A stretch of 64,000 bases of DNA from NCBI GenBank assembly GCA_951406725.2, contig OX597816.1, forward strand, positions 150,908,001 to 150,972,000. The letters are read 5' to 3'. Within the stretch, counting starts at the first letter, position 1. Every line of letters starts with the position of its first letter. A program made the position numbers and the translations under genes. This DNA comes from Octopus vulgaris (lineage: Eukaryota). The notes beneath the pieces are model-generated. The model did not search any database. It was given only the letters and a program-made list of their open reading frames with translations, and was not told the origin of the DNA. This document shows, piece after piece, positions 1-13,554 of this stretch.

Positions 1-498
1 AAACTGATCAGGAAAATCAAGTAAAATGAACAGTAAAATCAAGAATTATACCTGGTGAACAATCATTTGTTTTTATACTGCAATGATGAAGCATATATAT
101 GTACTTTGTACTTTTTAGATTGGATGAGCTTGAAAGTATTATTAAATGATTGCTGCAGGGTCAGTCTAGTGTGTTGTTAATGTTCCATGAAATGTATTGT
201 TGCAATGATTGTATTGGCTAGAGAATGCAGCAATCATTAACAGTGATTCTGATATATCTCAGGGCTATATTTAACATTCTTATCACCATCATCATTTAAC
301 ATCCAGCTTCCATACTGGTAAGGAGTGGACATGCTTGTGTTTCTACTTCGGCATGGTTTCTAAGGCTGAAAATCTTTTACAATGCCAAACATTTTACAGA
401 AAGTAAGTGGTTGATGTGTGAGTACATGTGAGAGTATAGCCTGTGATAGTATAGAGAGTGTTATTACTTCATAGTAAAGGTGAATGTTTAATACTAAC

Positions 499-625
499 CT
501 CTTCTTGCATTAGAGGATCATCTGGGGTGATATCAGTCAGAATCGTTGGAGTTATCAGTAGACTTTCTTCACAAAATTCACCACCAAATGCAGGTTTTCG
601 GTTTCCCACAAGTTCCTTCAAATGT
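499..625 (-). CDS. ALDH3: ALDH3 gene A exon ([42 protein letters not shown])
   Basis: GGE...I.PTIL.D....P.MQEE motif; gttagt donor. The next exon (IFGP...) is not found in the window. Confidence 0.94.
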
Positions 626-1732
626 CTAGAATGGAATAATTATTTTGAATCCAAAAATGACGATGTGTAATGTAGAGTATAATGCTTCTTTACTTAATCT
701 TGAATAAGTTGAGTTTGTGGTTTATTCACTTATGTAAATTTGATTACATTTAAATTAACAACATTGCTGTGAGAAATATCTCCCAACTTCTACAGATGTC
801 ATTTTTTTATGACATAATTGTCAATTTCAGAAAAAGTGAAGAAAAAAGAGGAAATAGAAACTGAGGGTAGAAGGGGGGAGAGAGAGAGAGAAGAGGAGAG
901 GAAGTGGGCGAGATACATATGGAAAAAGACGGATAGATAGCCAATCCCACCTATTTTTTCCAGCAACTTCTGCTGTGGCTACATGGAATTGATTGTGTAG
1001 TCCCTTCTTGTGTAATTTTTCTTCATGTCCTTTTTGTACTTCTTTCTTTGTTTTCCCTTTTTTCTCTGCTCTCAATACTCCCTTGTTCCTAACTGTCACT
1101 AGCAGGGTTTCCTTACTTTGGGCTAGGTATCTCATTAAGATTTGAGTTTGAGAGCTTAATAATATCATTATTATTATTGTTATTATTATTATTGAGTGAG
1201 AGAGCAGTTCATGCCATCAAAGTGACACTGGGGTAAAATATACGAAGCCCAATATACCCATCATGACTACCCGTCTGATAAGGGTACACCAGGCACATGC
1301 ATCACAACCATATGTGCGTGACATGGTGATCTCATATCAAGATAAACAGCACATGACCTTGCAGGTGGGGCCCAGTTAGAATTTTCTTCAGGTTGAGTAG
1401 CCCATCCCGCTCAAAAGGTCCCTGAATAAGGGTTGTTTAAGGATGTTGAAAGAACCACCCATGTTTCCAGAGGTGAATTATTCAAACCCCAAAGAATCCC
1501 TCTCAACACATGGCTATGATGCTCCCCCACTACTTCTGCTCATGATCAGAGATGCACATATCGTCAGCCACTAAGGGACATGCTCAACTGGTTAAGGTCA
1601 AACAACTGACAAGCAAATCTGTGGTATTGAGCAGAATATTTGCTATAGCCCATCTTTTATACCAAGACAAAACAATGTATATGATAACACTTCCAATCAG
1701 TTAAGATCAGAAGCCATGAGAGCCACTGCCTG

Positions 1733-1764
<32 letters not shown>

Positions 1765-3561
1765 CATTATTATTATTATTATTATTATTATGAAGGCAGT
1801 GAGCTGGCAGAATCATTAGCATGCCAGAAGAAATGTTTAGCAGCATTTTGTCCACCTTGACATTCTGAGTTCAAATTCCACCAAGGTCAACTTTGCCTTT
1901 CATCCTTTCGGGGCTGATAAATTAAGTACCAGTGAAGCACTCGGGTTGATGTGATTGACTAGTCCTCTCCCTCCAAAATTTCAGGCCTTGTGCTTTTATA
2001 GAAAGGATTATTAATATTATTATTATTCAGGTGGGAAGCTAGCAGACTCGTTAGCATGCTGGACAAAATACTTAGTGGCATTTCTTCCTGTTCTTTACAT
2101 TTTCAGTTCAAATTCCACCAAGGCTGACTTTACCTTTCATCTTTTTGGGGTCAATAAATTAAGTACCAGTAAAACACTGGGGTTCATGTAATCGATTAGT
2201 CCAATGAGTCCAAGTACTGCATTGTCCTCCAATGTCTGCTTTGGCATGGTTTCTATGGTTGGATGTCCTTCCTTATGCCAAGCACTTTACAGCATTTAAA
2301 AACAAATTGTTTTCTTTGGCCAGAGGATTCTGAACATTTTCCTGAGGCAGTGATTGAGGCTGGTTTTTATATGCCTCCAAATCTCAACCCCATACAAACA
2401 GAACTGACTTCGCACTTGCATTGAAGATGCAGAATAAAGTGTTCCTGGAAATGAGTCTCAACTTCCAGATGTTGCTCTGTAGGTGGAATGCAACCTCACA
2501 ATTTGCTAATTTTGGCCTTCATATTAGTGTTGTGTTATCTGTTTGGTCAAGGATGATGCCTAAATATGAGCTTGTCATTTTCTCAGCTGGGTTACCCTTA
2601 ATATGTACAGGCTCTATGATGGTAGTTCTGAGATCATAACCTTGTGTTACAATGTTCACATCAATTTGTACAAATATTTCACTGAGATTAATTGTCTTCT
2701 CTTGCATCTAGCACAGACAGTGAGACAACAGCAAAAGGTCATTCCTGTACAAAGCATCTAACTCTGTTAGAATCTGCATATGTTTATGAAACAATTGCAC
2801 CAATAATATCCAAATCCATAATAGATACCCTGACATGTAGTTCTGTAATGTTAATAAAATTATTACATAATTATAAAAAGCAGAAAGTAAGAATTTTAGA
2901 TGACAACAAAGGAGACAAAATAAGTAGGGGGTGAAAATAAAATAAAATAATAACAACAAAATATAATATTGGCTTCATAATTACTGGAAATGCTTTTTAT
3001 GAATGATGCGTCCATAGTCCTTCGTTTCATGTATTGAATCACTATAAAACATTTCAAAAGCTTCAATCAACTTTTCAACAAATGGTCCCTGAAAGGAAGA
3101 ATATCACAGTCAATTCCAGTTTTTAGGAGGAGGAGGAGGAGGATCATCATCATCAGCAGAATTTATTTATTTATTTATTATCATTCTTCTTATCAGGGTA
3201 GTGAGCTGGCAGAATTGCTAGCATGCCAGATCAAATACTTAGTGACAGTTTTTCTGACTCTGTATGTAAGTTCAAATCTCATTAAGGGTAACTTTGCCTT
3301 TCATCTTTTTGAAGTCAATAAAATAAAGTACCAGTGAAGTACTGAGGTCAGAGTAATAGATTCTCTCCTCAGCATTTCTGGTCTTGTGCCAAATTTAGAA
3401 AGAAGAACTATTATCTTTATCAATTAATTTTAATATAGTGAAAATAACAGAACATTGCAATTCATTGCAGGCAGTGTATGTAAATGTGCATAAATACATA
3501 CATATATAGGCACATGCACACATACATATGCATACAGACATATGCATACAGACATATGCAT

Positions 3562-3614
<53 letters not shown>

Positions 3615-6600
3615 TATATACTATTATACTATTCTCTTATAATTATAAATTTGTTCCATCCATAGAAAGTGCTCTCTTTTGCCTTACGAGCTACAAGGTA
3701 TATCCAACAGTTCTGGTGCCACAAAAAGCATCCAGTCAATTCTGTAAATAGCTGATAAATCAAATTGGGGACAAAACAAGAATATATATACAAATGTATT
3801 TATACATATCAACCAATGGGAAAGTTTCCATAAGCTCATTAAACTTGTTAGAAAAAGGAGCTAAATCTTTCAAATCCCCACAATAATTTAAAAAAGGAAA
3901 GAGATTATGGATAAGATAGTTCGAGATAAAGTATGCTTGAAAAAAAAAGACAAGATGGTCATATCTGGAATACATTTAATCACGAGTTTTATGTTTTAGG
4001 ATTGGTATGAAATGAACAACAGCAATGACAAATGATATTTTGGGAAGTATTCCTTAAATTCCACGTGGTGTTATGTTAGAATGTTAATACAAATAATTGT
4101 ACCTGTAGTTCCTTTGAACACATCACATAGTCTGGTGCAATACATATCTGGCCACAGTTAACAGTCTTCCCCCAAAGAATACGATTTGCTACATTCTGTA
4201 GGTTACAATCATCATCAATATAAGCTGGGCTGAAAAATAGAAAAATGACTAGCATGAAGTATCGGAGTAGAACATCATGGTTAATAATGATCTGGAGGGA
4301 AAAAATACTTGTAATAAGTAACTGGATGCAAAGAATACAGGCAGCAAGGGTTTTCAGTAATTTAGATAATGATGGTAAGTGGCAAGGGTGGAAGGGAGTA
4401 ATATAGAGTATAAGGTCTTGAAAATAATAAGGGCCAGGACAATAAAATAATCTGTAATAAATGTTTAGCAGAGAGAAATCATCATCATCATCATTTAATG
4501 CCTGTTTTCCATGCTGGCATAGGTTGGCTGGTTTGACTGAGGCCTGGATGCTCTTCCTCACACCAACCACTCTGAGAATGTAGTGGGTGCTTTTTACGTG
4601 CCATTGGCACAGGAGCCAGTCAGGCGGTCCTGGCATCAATCACATTCAGATAGTGCTTTTTACATGTCGCCTGCACGGGAACCAGTCAGGAGGCAATGGC
4701 ATCAACCACAGTTGGGTGGTGCTTTTTTTGTGTCACCGATACAGGAAACAGTCAGGTGGCCCTAGGTAATAAAGGTCTGGAGAAGAAATACAGGTAATAA
4801 TGATCTGAAGAAGAAATACAGGTAATAAGAACCTGGAGAAGAAATACAGGTAACAAGGGTCTGGAGAAGAAATACGGGTAATAAAGGTCTGGAGAAGGTA
4901 AGACTATTTTGGTCGGTTGCTTGATACAACAGTCACTCACCTCTTATTTGCAATGCTTTAAACTTTTGCATATAAAGTTTTGCTTTTATCCCATGAGGTT
5001 TCAGTGTAGTTAAAACTATTTAGTGCAAGTGAATACAATGACCCAGTATTTGGCAATGATATAGTGTTAATAATGGATTCTGTTTTTGTTACTAAGCCAG
5101 TATGGAAAGAGAGGACTATAGTTGATTGACTCAACCTTAGTATATTACTGATACTAATTAATCACCATGGGATAAAAAGTTGACTGTGATGAGATTTGAA
5201 TACAGAACATCAAGAGAAGGAACTAAAAACTGTAAACCTTTTATTCTGAAACTCTACTGCTTTTGCTTAGAAAAGGAAAATTGATAGATTTACTCACAAA
5301 ACACAAGGTAGTTTGTGCTAAACAAAATGAGTGAAGAAGGATGCATAATAATGCATAGACCTTTTGTTTTGCAATGAGAGGAGAGTGACTGTGTCTATGC
5401 TAATTATCAAGCATCAATTATCAGTATTTTAATCATAAATTACATATAATTATCAATTATTAAGTATCAGCCATATTGAAGAAAGATATATCTCACACCT
5501 TGGTGTGATTTCATTCACAAATACAAAATTGTGTATTGTGTTTAAAATAGCAAACAAAATCAAGCAGAGTTATATGCCTTGATCAATTCAAAAATGCATT
5601 AGTAATAATTTGACTCCTTCCCTGTCCATGTTTTCTCTTCTTTGATCTGCAAAAGTTCAAGCTCAACATCATTCCTCACCTGTCTGAGAGGACTATGTCA
5701 ACTGCACTGCTTCTTTTGACAAAGAAAAGAAAGAATCGCAGTAAAAGAATACAAAACATTTTCTATGACTCTCAGAAAGAGCATGGGAGGAGTTATAGAT
5801 TGTAAATTTTTTTCATATATAAAGTGAATATATGCATGAATGTTCAAGTTGTGAGCTACAGTTTGCATGTATGTAGCTGGAATTTTTCATAAGGACATAC
5901 CTTTTCAAGGAAAAACTCATGGGTTATGCAATATTTATTGAACTGTGTTCTTTTTAGTTTCTGACAGAAAAACTAATAATTATTGTGTCACCATGGACAG
6001 AAATATATGTTGGTAAAAGTTACTGATCAAAGTAACCCATTTAGAGTAATTTCATATACAAGGACAGTATCTTGAAAAAAAGTATATTTTCCAAGAAAAT
6101 TTCTAAAAAAATGTAAAGTAAATTTTTATTTTAAACTCTGCATTTGTTTGTATCATTGCACATTTTATGAAGCTCAACTCAAACCATCTTCTGAATGACT
6201 TCAATGCTACAATTATGAGTGAATCTACATTTCTCAACCAACTCAAGACTGTAAGCTTTTGACCCAAAATATAGTGAATTCATGTGATAGTCACTATCTT
6301 AGGTAATAATAAATAACAATTTCTCTTTCCAGCTCCATCCAATTACACCCTGTCTCTTTTCTAAAATGTGAGTTGTCATGCAGCTTATTTGCAGCGAAGA
6401 ACCTGTTTTGCTCAGGCCCATCTTTCACACTTTTACTCATCATCTCCTAGCATGAAGCTGCTCCATCAGGGTTCATAGCATGATGATGACAACAATGATG
6501 ATGAGGATGATGATGATGACAACAACGACAATGATGATGATGATGACAATGATGACAACGATGATGACGACAATGACGACGACAATGATGATATCGATAA

Positions 6601-7220
6601 TGAAACGTGTGCAAGGCCAAGTACCGCTGCTGGTGAAAGTTTCTGCTATTCCACCACCTTCTAAGTCAGTAACTATACTTGCTGCTTTATTCCTGATGCA
6701 GCAGAAATAAGCAAGTCAAGTGATTCAGAGATTAAGCAATGATTAAAGATAATTCAGTTGACTGAACAGATCAAATTACTAATACCCAACTAGTAATGAA
6801 GGTTACTTACTGACCTGTTATGCTCAAGATGCTAACCTTGGTCTGATACTTAATATTCATGGCCTCCAATAACAGGAGGATGAATTGTATCATCATAATC
6901 TTTCATACAATCAGACTCATTATTTCAAACTATCATTTATTTTACTTTAGCATTTATCTCGCTCTTCTTGCTACTTCTGTGTGCAAATTCTGCTGAAATT
7001 ACTTTACACATTCACATTCACATATATATATCTTTTATCTCTTACTTGTTTCAGTCATTAGACTGCAGCTGGGGCACTGCCTTGAAGAACTTTTAGTCAA
7101 ATGAATTGACCCCAGTACATTTTTTAAAGCCTGGTACTTATTCTATTGGCCTCTTTTTGCTGAACTGCAAAGTTATGGGTAGGGGTGTAAACAAACGAAC
7201 ACTGGTGGGAGACAATAATA

Positions 7221-7260
<40 letters not shown>

Positions 7261-10200
7261 GGTCTTCTTTCAGTTTATGTCTACCAAATCCACTCACAAA
7301 GCTTTTGGTCAGTCTGAGGCTTTAGTAGAAGATGCTTGCCCAAGGTGCCATGCAGTGGGACTGAACCTGGAACCATGTGGTTAGGAAGCAAGCTTCTTAC
7401 CACACAACCATACCTGTGTCTATATCTATATCTATATGTATATATTGATATATATTGTTTTAATGCTGGAACTCGAAGTAGATAAAGCGATATATAATAG
7501 CATGTAGAATATTAGGTTAAAAAAAAACCTTGGATAGAAAAAGAATGTCAAAGGCTGCCCATTGAAACTCAAATTCACACCTTCTATGAACATAACAGAA
7601 GATGTGGGTTTATAACAACCCTTTGAGTTTTCTTTATACATTTTAGAAGCTCTTTTGTTACTTGAGAGAAATTACACATAGTTTTATCTACTTCGAGTTC
7701 CACTGATAAAATGATTTATTTCATACCTCTCAAAGTTTCTGGGCAAAAAATTCTTATAATGTAAACAACATACTATTCCTACTAAATGATGATGATGTAT
7801 GTCATCATCATCATCATCCATTAATGTTCATCGAGTTTGCTTTTGATTTTGTCCATTTTGTCCATTTTCACTTGCCTCAACAGGTCTTCACAAGTAGAGT
7901 TATGTGTCCCAAGAAGGAAGGTATGCATAGGTGGACTGACTACATCCCAGGTAGTGGCCATGGGTTATGGCCTCACTTGTCCAGCCGGGTCTTCTCACGC
8001 ACAGCATACTTCCAAAGGTCTCGGTCTCTGGTCATTTCCTCGGTGAGACCTAAAGAGCGAAGGTCGTTCCTCACCACCTCGTCCCAGATTTTCCTGGGTC
8101 TGCCTCTTCCACAGGTTCCCTCAACTGCCAGGGTGTGGCACTTTTTCACACAACTATCTTCATCCATTCTTACTATGTGTCCATACCAGCGTAGACGTCT
8201 CTCTTGCACACCACATCTGATGCTTCTTAGGTCCAACTTTTCTCTCAAGGCACTTACACTCTGTCTGGTATGAACACTGACATTACACATCCAACGGAGC
8301 ATACTGGCTTCATTTCTTGCAAGCTTACGCATATCCTCAGCAGTCACGGCCCATGTTTCACTGCCATGTAGCATGGCTGTTCGCACACATGCATCATACA
8401 GTCTGCCTTTTACTCTGAGAGAGAGGCCTTTTGTCATCAGCAGAGGTAAGAGCTCTCTGAACTTTGCCCAAGCTATTCTTACTCTAGCAGTTACACTTTC
8501 GGCACATACACCCCCGCTACTGACTTGGTCACCTAGGTAATGGAAACTATCTATATCCGGAATTACAAAAGACCTCCAGCCATAGAAACAAAGCCAAAAC
8601 ACATGACTGAAACCCGATGAAGCTTTCCAACATGCCAGCTCTAGCCAAACAGTCCAACACATGCCAGCATGGAAAATGGACTTTAACCCTTTTGTTACCA
8701 ACCCAGCTGAAACTGGCTCTGGCTCTGAGTACAAATGTCTTGTTTTCATAAATTATGAATTAAAATCTTCCACCAAACCTTAGTCACAATTTATGTTCCT
8801 AACACTAGCTGAATGATAGCTAAGTTATTTTACTAAATTCTTTGTTATATTTACAGTAATTGAATGAAACACAGCATCTTAAAATAAATACAGTAACGAA
8901 AGGGTTAAAGGATGATGATGATAATGATGATGATGACAATGACGACGATGATAATGATGATGATGATGGTGATGCACATTTATTGCTGAAAACAATAAAG
9001 AAGGATGAAAATAATAATGTTTTAAAATTTGTTTTCAGAAAAATCTTACCATTTACCACCCAATTCTAAAGTAACAGGGGTTAGATGTTCTGCTGCACTT
9101 TTCATGATAATTTTACCAACTCGACTACTACCAGTGTAGAATATATGATCAAATCGTTCTTGTAAAAGTTCCTGAGTTTCTGGAATTCCTCCATTGTAGA
9201 CTTTAATGCAGTCCTAATGAAAGAGTATAAAAGTGATATATGTGTGATGTAATTGAAAAATTAACAGACTATAGTTGTTAGAAAAATTATTTATGTTTCT
9301 AAAAGTGCTATAAAAATATACGTATGGCAATTTTCAAGTCTAAAAATATAATTCTTTGCAATATGTAAAAACCACAAGAAATTTTTGTTCAATGCTCCAA
9401 CATTCTTCCCTTTTTTTTTTTTTTTTGTCATTCTGTATGGACTCGTATTAGCTGTTACTGATCAGTGGCATATGGTAGTTGTTGTCATTGGGTGTGCTGC
9501 CACACTGAATAACATTAATATTGCTCAAATTAGGCATACAAACTGTGTATTTCTATTCAAAATGCGGTGTCCAAGATGTAAATAATATAAACTTAATTCA
9601 ATTGGGATACAGCTATATGGCACTAAAGTAAACAAAATAAATAATACCCTATAAATTGCAAGCATTCTAAAATAAACCATAATTGTCTTATGCATCCACA
9701 CTGAAGAATAAGAAAGCATATAATTTTACTTCCTTAAATTACTTATATGCAAGTTCTATTCTATAAAGTGTTCAATAACCTCATCGTACAATGAGGCACT
9801 TTATTATTAGTTTTGAAAACAAATTAAGATCAAAGTAATATAATGATATTGATATTGCAAGAAAAAATTATTGTAAAAAAACGATAGCTTTACTTTAGGA
9901 ATTTTGAATTAATTTAAACGTATAACTTCTCACCATGAAAACAAACATGTGACCATGCTGTCAAAGCTGTCACACACCCTTCACCATTAATTTTTTGCCA
10001 TTCTCCCATTATCCTACAATATGCTTGGTACCATATCATGATACAACACACTGTGAGGTGTGCAGTGTTATTTCAGGACACCCACCACCAAATTTGAAGC
10101 AGAGGCAGAACAAAAGTTTTCCATCATAATTTGTGGTTAAACTAATGAGTAAGGTTAATATTTATAATGAATTTGTCACTTCCAATGAGTGTGCAGTGCA

Positions 10201-10296
10201 CACCTAGCACACCCAGAATACACACACCTGTTACTGATGTCTTAAGGTATTCCTCTAACATCTATATGCATTGAATTATCTCTATATCAACTGTGT

Positions 10297-10349
<53 letters not shown>

Positions 10350-11688
10350 ATGTGTGTGTGTATTTGTTCATACACACATGTTCACATACACACAGACACA
10401 TACTTTATGTAAGTTTGGATTAGATAAAGTCTGAGTGTATTCTTTAAGCAACACTCAATATGAACTGGTTATCTACCAGCTCATTCCAGGTCTTCCTGGG
10501 TCTGCCTTTTCCACAGGTTCCCTCCATTGTTAGGGTGTGATACCTCTTCACACAGCTGTCCTCATCCATAAGCAACACATGACCATACCAGCACAATCGT
10601 TTCTCTTGCACACCACATCTGATGCTTCTTATGTCCAAGTTTTCTCTCAGGGTACTTACACTGTTGGGTATGCACACTGACATTACGCATCCTGCAGAGC
10701 ATACTAGCTTCATATCTTTCAAGCCTGTGCATATTCTCAGCAATCACAGCCCATGTTTCTCTGCTGTGTAGCATAGTGTTCGCACACATGCATCATACAG
10801 TCTACCTTTCACTCTGAGTGAGAGGCACTTTGTTATTAGCAGAGGTAGGAGCTCTCTGAACTTTGCCCAGGCTATTTTTATTTTAATAGCTACACTCTCA
10901 GAGTATCCACCCCCGCTACTGACTTGGTCACCTAGGTAACGGTAGTTATCAACTACCTATAGTTTTTCCCACTGGCATGTGATGAAATCTGTTTTCTGTA
11001 CATCTTTGGTGTCTATTGCCCCTGTGCATCTGCCACACACAGAAACTATCTTCCCAGTTAACCTTCCTTTGATATTGCTGCACCTCTTACATGTCTATAG
11101 CTTACACTGGGTACATCAGCATAGAGGTGCTCCCAGGGACAGCCTATTTTAAATTCCTCTGTTATTACTTGGAGGACAATGATGAATAAGAGGGGGTCAG
11201 GGGACTGATCCTTGGTGGAGCTCTTATTCTACCCGGAATTCTTCACTATACTCATTGCCAACCCTTACCTTACTGACAGCATCCTTGTACATGGCTTGTA
11301 CAGCTCTCACCAACCACTCACCTATCCCTAGTTTCTGCATTGACCACCAGATAAGGTATCGGGGATCCCTGTCAAAGGCATTCTCCATGTCAATGAAAGC
11401 AAAGTACTGAGGTTTATCTTTGGCTAGGAATTTCTCCTGCAGCTGTCTTACCAGAAATATAAGCATCAGTGGTGCTTCTCTCTGGTACAAACCCAAACTG
11501 CATCTCATCTAAACTAACTCTCGCCCTAATTAATTATATATATGATTCTAGATGCTTCTACACATGATAAACTGCTACACCATGGAGAAACTGACAATTT
11601 TCATCATCAAAATTAGAAGCTTTTATCTGTGTTTATTGGTTTGTGTCTATACACTCAAAGAAGTTCAACTTCTACAATGAGAAAACTA

Positions 11689-11742
<54 letters not shown>

Positions 11743-12678
11743 TGAGTGAGTGAAAGGGCTCTCTTATATATGTACATGCGTGCACACACACACGTGCACA
11801 CACACACACGTGCACACACACACGTGCACACACACACGTGCACACACACACACACATACACACATAGCTAGAAAGTGTGTAAAATAATATTAAGATGAAA
11901 TTTGAGAATAACTACTGTAAAATATATCAAAAGTCTTCCTTACTGAATCCAGATAATTGTGTAGGAGTCTTGTTATTACTTCAGCAGAATGAGGTGCCAA
12001 CTCTGACGGTTTCACCACAGCACAGTTACCTACCAATTATAATTTCAAAGAAAAGTACAGAATATATTTATGCATACAGATATGCACATAGCTGCAAAAA
12101 AAAAAAACAAAAAAAAAACAGGTCACTGTCTACAGATTCAGTTTCTGTTTGGTTTAAAAAAATTTTTTTTTTGGTTTTTATTTATTTATTCTTTTTATTT
12201 TGCATAACTGAATTAAGCCATAAGTTTGTGAATACTCACCTGCAGCTATGGCACCGATCAAAGGTAGGATGCACAGCTGGAAGGGATAGTTCCAAGCGCC
12301 CATTATTAAAACAACACCTAAAGGTTCAGGTTTAACAAAACAGTCATCCATTATGTTTAATAAACCTCGATCAACCTGTGATTGAAGTAAGAAAGTGAAG
12401 GTTTTAAAGAAAAATTAAGATGTTTTACTCTAATGTAATGATGGGAATAAAAATTTGTTAAATTAACACAAAATCATGAATTTGGAAGGGAAATGCCCTT
12501 CCTACCAACTTTTTAAAAGAGTGTGTGAGGCACATATCTATAAATTTATGTATGTATATTCATTCATTCTAACATGTGTAGGACAGGAACTTATCAGAAG
12601 CAAAATTTGCTCTTCTTGTTGCTAATATATCAATGTATCATGTATCATCACCTTGATATACATATATATCTATATCTA

Positions 12679-12716
<38 letters not shown>

Positions 12717-13061
12717 GGTAAAAACGTTAAGATAACAAAAGAAAGAAAGAGACCTCAATATTATGTAAATAGAGGATGGCCAGATAACTGAAAGATGGTG
12801 TTGTGGATTTCCACTTCGGCATCCGAAACTCAGAGTTTTATCTTGGCTATTGAATAACGGTAACATATTAATTTACAGATATATATATATGTAATATTAT
12901 AACAATAATTAATTAATTAATTAATTATTGTTATAATAATATATAAAAAAACTTTTTGCATAAGTTTTTACCGAATATGGTTCTTTTCCATACCGAAACT
13001 ACTTTGGTAAAATTTGTTAATTTATTAAATTAATAATTTTTTTACCCTATGTCTGTAATGA

Positions 13062-13105
<44 letters not shown>

Positions 13106-13310
13106 CTCCTTCTTTTACTTGTTTCAGTCATTTGACTGCAGCCATGCTGGAATACCACCTTTAGTTGAGCAAATCAACCCCAGGACTTATTCTTTATAAG
13201 CCTAGTGCTTATTTTATTGGTCTCTTTTGCTGAACCACTAAGTTACGGGGACATAAACGCACCAGCATCAGTTATCAAGCAATGCTGTGGGGACAAACAC
13301 AGACACACAA

Positions 13311-13361
<51 letters not shown>

Positions 13362-13520
13362 CAATGGGCTTTTTACAGTTTCCATCTACCAAATTCACTC
13401 ACAAGGATTTGGTCAGCCGAGGCTATAGCAGAAGACACTTGCCCAAGGTACCATGCAGTGGACTGAGCCTGGAACCATGTGGTTAGTAAGCAAGCTACTT
13501 ACCACACAGTCACTCCTGCA

Positions 13521-13554
<34 letters not shown>

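Noticed and set aside
51-230. Next ALDH3 exon (IFGP...)
   Set aside because: No minus-strand frame encodes the expected motif; the exon presumably lies left of the window
4230-4639. N-terminal part of the 187-aa ORF 4076..4639
   Set aside because: Only 4103-4229 is ALDH; the rest is intron and repeat read-through
4764-4896. 28-bp repeats as CRISPR-like
   Set aside because: Head-to-tail minisatellite without spacers
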